DNA of 63,587 nucleotides, filler included, from Rhabdomonas costata (taxonomy: Eukaryota), in assembly GCA_019059605.1 (NCBI GenBank). It is 34 parts of 34 records of this genome, joined end to end, with 100 filler letters (N's around TTAATTAATTAA, not from the genome) between each part and the next. Parts side by side here need not be neighbours in the genome. Positions count along the whole stretch, not along the records: positions 61,813 to 63,587 come from JAHMHO010009281.1; 33 more parts are not named here. The stretch is one strand, 5' to 3'. Of this stretch, positions 62,103-63,587 are shown piece by piece. The position numbers were made by a program, and so were the translations under genes. Every line of letters starts with the position of its first letter. Within the stretch, counting starts at the first letter, position 1. The notes under the pieces were generated by a model that was not told the DNA's origin, did not search any database, and worked only from the letters and a program-made list of their open reading frames with translations.

Positions 62103-63587
62103 CCAGATACCCAGCCACTCCTGCCACCACATGACCCCCGCTCGAAAAGTTTAACGTCAGGCCGATCAAAAGGAGAGCAGCGAAGGCCACCAAGGGAGCC
62201 GCCGCCGCCAGCCCAACGGCAAGCTCTAGAGAAGCACATGCGGTACACGACCATTGCATAGGGACAGATCAACCCTGCTGGCAAGGTACCGTTCTCAATG
62301 ACCTTCCGGAGATTCCAACCACAACGACAAACTCAACCCACTTTGCAGAGAAATCAAATCCGAATGTAAAAAGATCAGGTGGGTCAGTGCACAGCGCGGC
62401 ATGGCAAAAAACTGGGGAGGGAGCGGTTGTCCCCGTGAGACCAAAACGATAACTGCTGCTCGCCTCCGGCTCTTTGCCACCCTGCTGCTTTGACAAGGCG
62501 ACCAGCTCGGCAGGCAAAGCCATCCAGCTCAGGTCAACACTTGCTTTGCGGGCGTACTCCGCAAAAAGCGGGTCCTCTTGCAGGACGTGGGCATCTTTTC
62601 TTCATCCCCTTGGCTGGCTGCTGGCTGTTTTGCTTTCATTGCCGTGAAGTGACAACCCCCACGCGGTTCATGATTGATTGCGGTCATTTATGAGGTTTAG
62701 CGTGATTTGGGTAGCCTGTTCTCTTCCTTCCCGCAGCCGAGGATGGCAGTGGAGAGGTCTTCCTTGGCCAGCCGGTGCTGATCAAGGAGGCGAACGAGGC
62801 TCCCCGAAAAGTGGGCTCGTGGCCCCCGTATGCCCGGCCCTTCTCCCTGGCCACCCGCAAGCAACCTTCTGTGGTGTGTCAAAACGCGTGGTGTTGCAGG
62901 GTACCTCAGCAGTGCCTCAACAAACCGCTTTGTACTACTGGTTTGTTCCGAACTTTTCAGCCCCGGATCCGTTTGCTTAACCGTTGCCACGCTGCAAGTG
63001 ACTCGCGTGGTTCAGGTTTTTTTTGGTTCACTGAGGACTTTGCTTCCAAGGGCACTACCGGTGGTGCAGACGCAAGCTTAACGGCCGTGCTGAGGTGAGG
63101 GTGAGGATGAGGGTGCCAGTGGAGATTCTGCAGTACTCCGCATTGAAGTAAAATGGAAAGCGAAAGATGTGCTACGATGTCCTAGGCCCACACAACATCC
63201 ACCAAACCACCCAGTATTTAAGCAACACCAGCAACAACAAGCACACTCAAGTAACCCACGCATAGATGGAAAGGTCAACCCCATGCCCAGAACCCAGCGC
63301 AACCGTAATCCCGCAACCGCACCCGAAGCCACACCGCTGACCTCAACCCACTGCAACACCAAGGACACCAGAGCAACGCCAACAACGAACCGAACACAGG
63401 AAGCAATACCTACTCCAACGGAAATCACGCGGAACCGGACACCAACTCACATACGGAACCCAACCGAGGGATACCCACTGCACTTTACGACCGGTGGGAC
63501 TGGTGGGAACCGAGTTAAGAAGGCCATGCAATACCACCACAAGAACTATCCACCACTGCATCCCAACCCAACACTGAAACCAAACCC

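Overview
This window is not a continuous locus. It is about 34 unrelated ~1.77-kb contigs joined by an artificial 44N-TTAATTAATTAA-44N linker (stops in all six frames), so neighbourhood across linkers means nothing. The DNA is nuclear, from an intron-rich flagellated protist. A euglenozoan is plausible but is only an inference. Contig ends carry G/T-only (5') and A/C-only (3') tails and frequent fold-backs, as expected of a whole-genome-amplified or single-cell library. I stitched exons by eye into fragments of a kinesin, a p28/DNALI1-family dynein light chain, DDX41, an RRM protein, CFAP20, an EF-hand protein, a PMCA-type Ca2+-ATPase, an LRR protein, DDB1, a 5'-nucleotidase, NSUN2/Trm4, an HMG-box protein and a PTAR1-like protein. 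Most notable signals: (1) an unusual splicing code, with about 6 of ~32 donors being GC, almost no donor consensus beyond +2, and several acceptors lacking a pyrimidine tract; (2) a ~1-kb ORF-less, hairpin-rich element in two diverged copies; (3) a Cys-rich surface-type protein built from symmetric one-module-per-exon repeats; (4) an intronless Crinkler-like REase-fold ORF. I found no rRNA, complete tRNA or CRISPR array.
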